DNA from: Anthoceros angustus
Taxonomy: Eukaryota; Plantae; Anthocerotophyta
Direction of reading: 5' to 3'
DNA: 64,000 bases
Assembly (NCBI GenBank): GCA_010909165.1
Contig: MU008178.1
Span: forward strand, 1,066,369 to 1,130,368
Shown here: positions 61,051 to 64,000 of the stretch, piece by piece
Position numbering within the stretch: the stretch's first letter is position 1
Layout: every line of letters starts with the position of its first letter
Program-made: the position numbers and the translations under genes
Notes under the pieces: model-generated
Told to the model about the DNA's origin: nothing
The model's database searches: none
What the model saw: the letters and a program-made list of their open reading frames with translations, nothing else

Positions 61051-62515
61051 CGCGGCAAACCTAGTCCCCTTCGCACTGGCCCGCATTCCGATATCGTAGT
61101 GCACCAATACGTAAAACTGCACGCCCTTACACAAATTGAAACCTTCCCATGTGGCCTTGTTCACCCATCCGGTCACCATACTGCTCGCCTTCGACAACAT
61201 CAATAAGGTCTTGCAAATGCCTGCTCCCTTTGTCATGGAAAAAAAGAACAACGGTGACTTCCGCCTTGCTAAACACTTTTTTGCACAACATTGTCTCTTC
61301 ATGTTTGCTGAAAGCTTCGCCCAATTACAGTGCTTCGCCAATACATGATCCAGCTTAACCCTTACAGCACGGTTCTTTGTTGAGCAAACAACCCTATCGC
61401 GAGATTGCAACTCCAACCCCCTGGACTTAGGATTAGCAGGGGGCAGCATTTTGGGCAAATTTGCATTGTGATCTAGTGCCAGCACATCTCCAAACAAGGC
61501 AATTGGATCACGTTTGGTCGCCTGCTGCTCCCCCTCGGCAGTCCTCCATGACCCAATGCCAAAATCGAAACCAAGTCTACGATCACATGCATCTTCTCAC
61601 CGCAGAGACTCACCAACACTCTCTCGCTGTAATCCGTGTCATTCGTGCCGTGGTGTGACACAAGGTTGATGGTACTCTTACAAGCACACCATGGACTTGT
61701 TGTAGGTGCCACCTTGTCACCTTCCGCCGCAGGGAGCCACCCGCTGGCGTGGATTTGGATCGAGCAAAACATCCTTGCCAATTTCTTGGCACCGCGATTT
61801 GAATGCACTGGTATATAGTGCCCAGCCGCCGAGGTGGGCCGAGGTTGCGCTGTCGGGTGGTGGATATCGGGGCCAGCGCTGATGTCGAGCTCGGACATGC
61901 CGGTCCACATGTCTGCAATTTGTTCCTCGGTCTCCGCGCCTGCTCCGAGTCCATCCGGATCAAACAAGTAAAGGTCTCCATCACTTGCATCCCAACGATC
62001 ACCCGGCAAGTCGGTTTGATCCAAATCCGATGCGTGTCCGGGTCTTGTAACAAGCGCCTTTCACCGGACCCGGGTTTACTGCCGAGAACGCCTTGAATGT
62101 CACCACGGGAATTTGACACATTGCCTAGTGGACCCCATGCCGCATCCGCCGCGCCTCGCCGCCAAGTCCACGATATCCGACTGCATGGGTCCTGCACTAG
62201 TCCGTCTCACCAAATCAAAAACTCCTCCTCTGCATTGAGATCGCTTGCCATTGCTCGTGACTAGTGAAAACGCAATTGTTGAGAACGCCTGCTCGAGAGG
62301 AGGAGACCGCAAGAGTTCAACATCATGTATAGATGCCTGCGGACCGCATTGATTATTGACAATTAGGACGGATATCTACTGCTACAAATCATGGCTTGAG
62401 GATCCTTAAATGCATTCAGATTGCGAGAATCGAGGAGATTTTGCAGAGGAAATTGAGTTTTGCGCGGCAAAACTAGGCATATTCCATAAAATATGCTTTA
62501 TTCTTTGTTTAGCGG

Positions 62516-63530
62516 TTGTCTGCTAAACATGGCGAACGGGCGGCTACGGTGCATCAACCCAAATTTGCGATTCCATTTGGCCGGTCGCAGTGGAGATCGT
62601 CACCGGTCCATCACACTGTGCCATCCACCCGTCAGAGATCGGAAAGGTGTTTTGAAAAATATTGCGAGGAGATGCATATAGCGGGCACCAAAGGTTCACT
62701 CAAGTATTTTGGTAACTGGTGGTATTCGACCACTTCCATATCGGGAGGTTCATGCCGAGAGTCGGTGGATCTCGAGGATCATCGGCGCTTCATCCTCACC
62801 GGTTGTCCGGTGATTCAAGAGGAGGGTATCAAGGTCGATGGAAGCGTGCTACTTGATCCATAATCCATAGTGCGTGATGCCTCATTGCTACTTGGTTTGT
62901 GTTTTGATGGCACCTCACCAAGAAGCGGAGTAAAGGTGTCGAGCAGACGCCACCGGCCGAGAAGAAACGGCCCCGGAAGGCCGATTCGCAGATGCCCTAA
63001 CATTGTCACGAGTCCGACCAAGACCTCCAAGACCCATAGCGCGACAACTTTGACCCCGTGACACACTACCTCGTCACCGACCAGAACATCATTCCAAAGT
63101 CCATACAAGCAGGCGGAAATCGACATGATCAGAAAGATGTTCTGGAACACTCTCCCTTTGATATGTCGGACAGGAATTGGTCTGTACAGCAACGTCCTGT
63201 TGGACATTGTGTATCTGTACATCTTGGATGCAGCGCAGTCAAGTATAAAGTCTTCCTGTCTTGGTGCTGTTTTGTTCACGCAGTTTGTGGAGAAGGATGA
63301 CCAAGGGTACGTAATTTTCCTCTGCACTCTGAAGACCAGACAGCTTCTCAAGCCTGACCCCACGGCCGTCCGAGTATACTCAGCTGCGATCCGGACTTTT
63401 GACCCCGTGGCTTGCCAGAAAGTGTGAGAGAGGATCACAGGTGGTTGTAATGATGGACACAAAGTGTTCCACAAAGTGTTGCACCAAATTTGCTTAGAAG
63501 GAATCAAACATTGGTTCGAGCATAGTCCGT
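62516..63530 (+). pseudogene. Decayed ORF of uncertain identity with GNAT-like and PHD-like patches
   Basis: ORFs 62516-62863, 62870-63061 and 63125-63427 share one frame, separated by single stops; RKMFWNTLP...CLGAVLFTQF...GYVIFLCT; downstream CQK(C)..C.DG.KVFH.ICL. Confidence 0.35.
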
Positions 63531-64000
63531 GATTGAACCCAAGAGTCGCGAGAGTAGGAGGTGGGGGCACACAGGCGAATGCATCTCGAAGCCAAGCATT
63601 GCATTTCTGGAACCCAACCAAGGAAGATCAACAGCAAGCAATGCAACAAAGCAACCCGTGCTGTTGGAAGCAACTGACATCGCTGCGGGCGAAGAGGCAT
63701 CCCAACAATGCTTCTTCAATACCACATCGATGGGGATCCAGCGCCGCTTTACCGCGCCTGCCGGTGGTGTCCATGATACTACCGCCGGGCACCGACGTCC
63801 TGCTGTTTCACTGTGGCTGCAGACTTGGTGAGCCACTTCCATTTTACTCGGTAGTGGACGTGAGGAGGACGGAAATGAGGACACCGAGGGCTTTATGGAT
63901 GGCATTCTACCTTGTGGAGGACGAAGATGCGCAGTTGGAGGAAGTCAAGGTGGGTCGGAAGAGGAGGAGGAGAATCAAGAAGAGGCCGATGAGCGATGAC

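Overview
Eukaryotic, plant-like window; short GT-AG introns and the TE repertoire suggest a non-seed land plant (inference). It is almost entirely nested, decayed transposable elements around one two-gene island on the minus strand: SEM1/DSS1 (18099-18578) and a SelH-like Rdx protein gene (20035-21069), both with clean exon phases. Left part: Tat/Athila-like Gypsy remnants, an orphan CACTA end abutting a Gypsy integrase that ends in a PHD finger, minisatellites, CRE-like non-LTR RT fragments, a Gypsy gag, and a Copia split at its protease motif by a 4.1-kb insert. Right part, the most notable feature: a 17.3-kb element (42492-59764) with CACTA-type TIRs, subterminal repeats and a 3-bp TSD (AGT). 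I see no TnpD/TnpA in it. It instead carries a Sola2-like DDD transposase and a convergent accessory gene (unknown N-terminal domain, coiled coil, RING finger, C-terminal domain shared with the transposase), and it is inserted in a second, different Sola-like transposase gene. Several 0.65-1.6-kb tandem duplications with garbled indel differences, plus homopolymer frameshifts confined to repeats, suggest imperfect long-read polishing. All family assignments come from motif recognition by eye; no database search was run.
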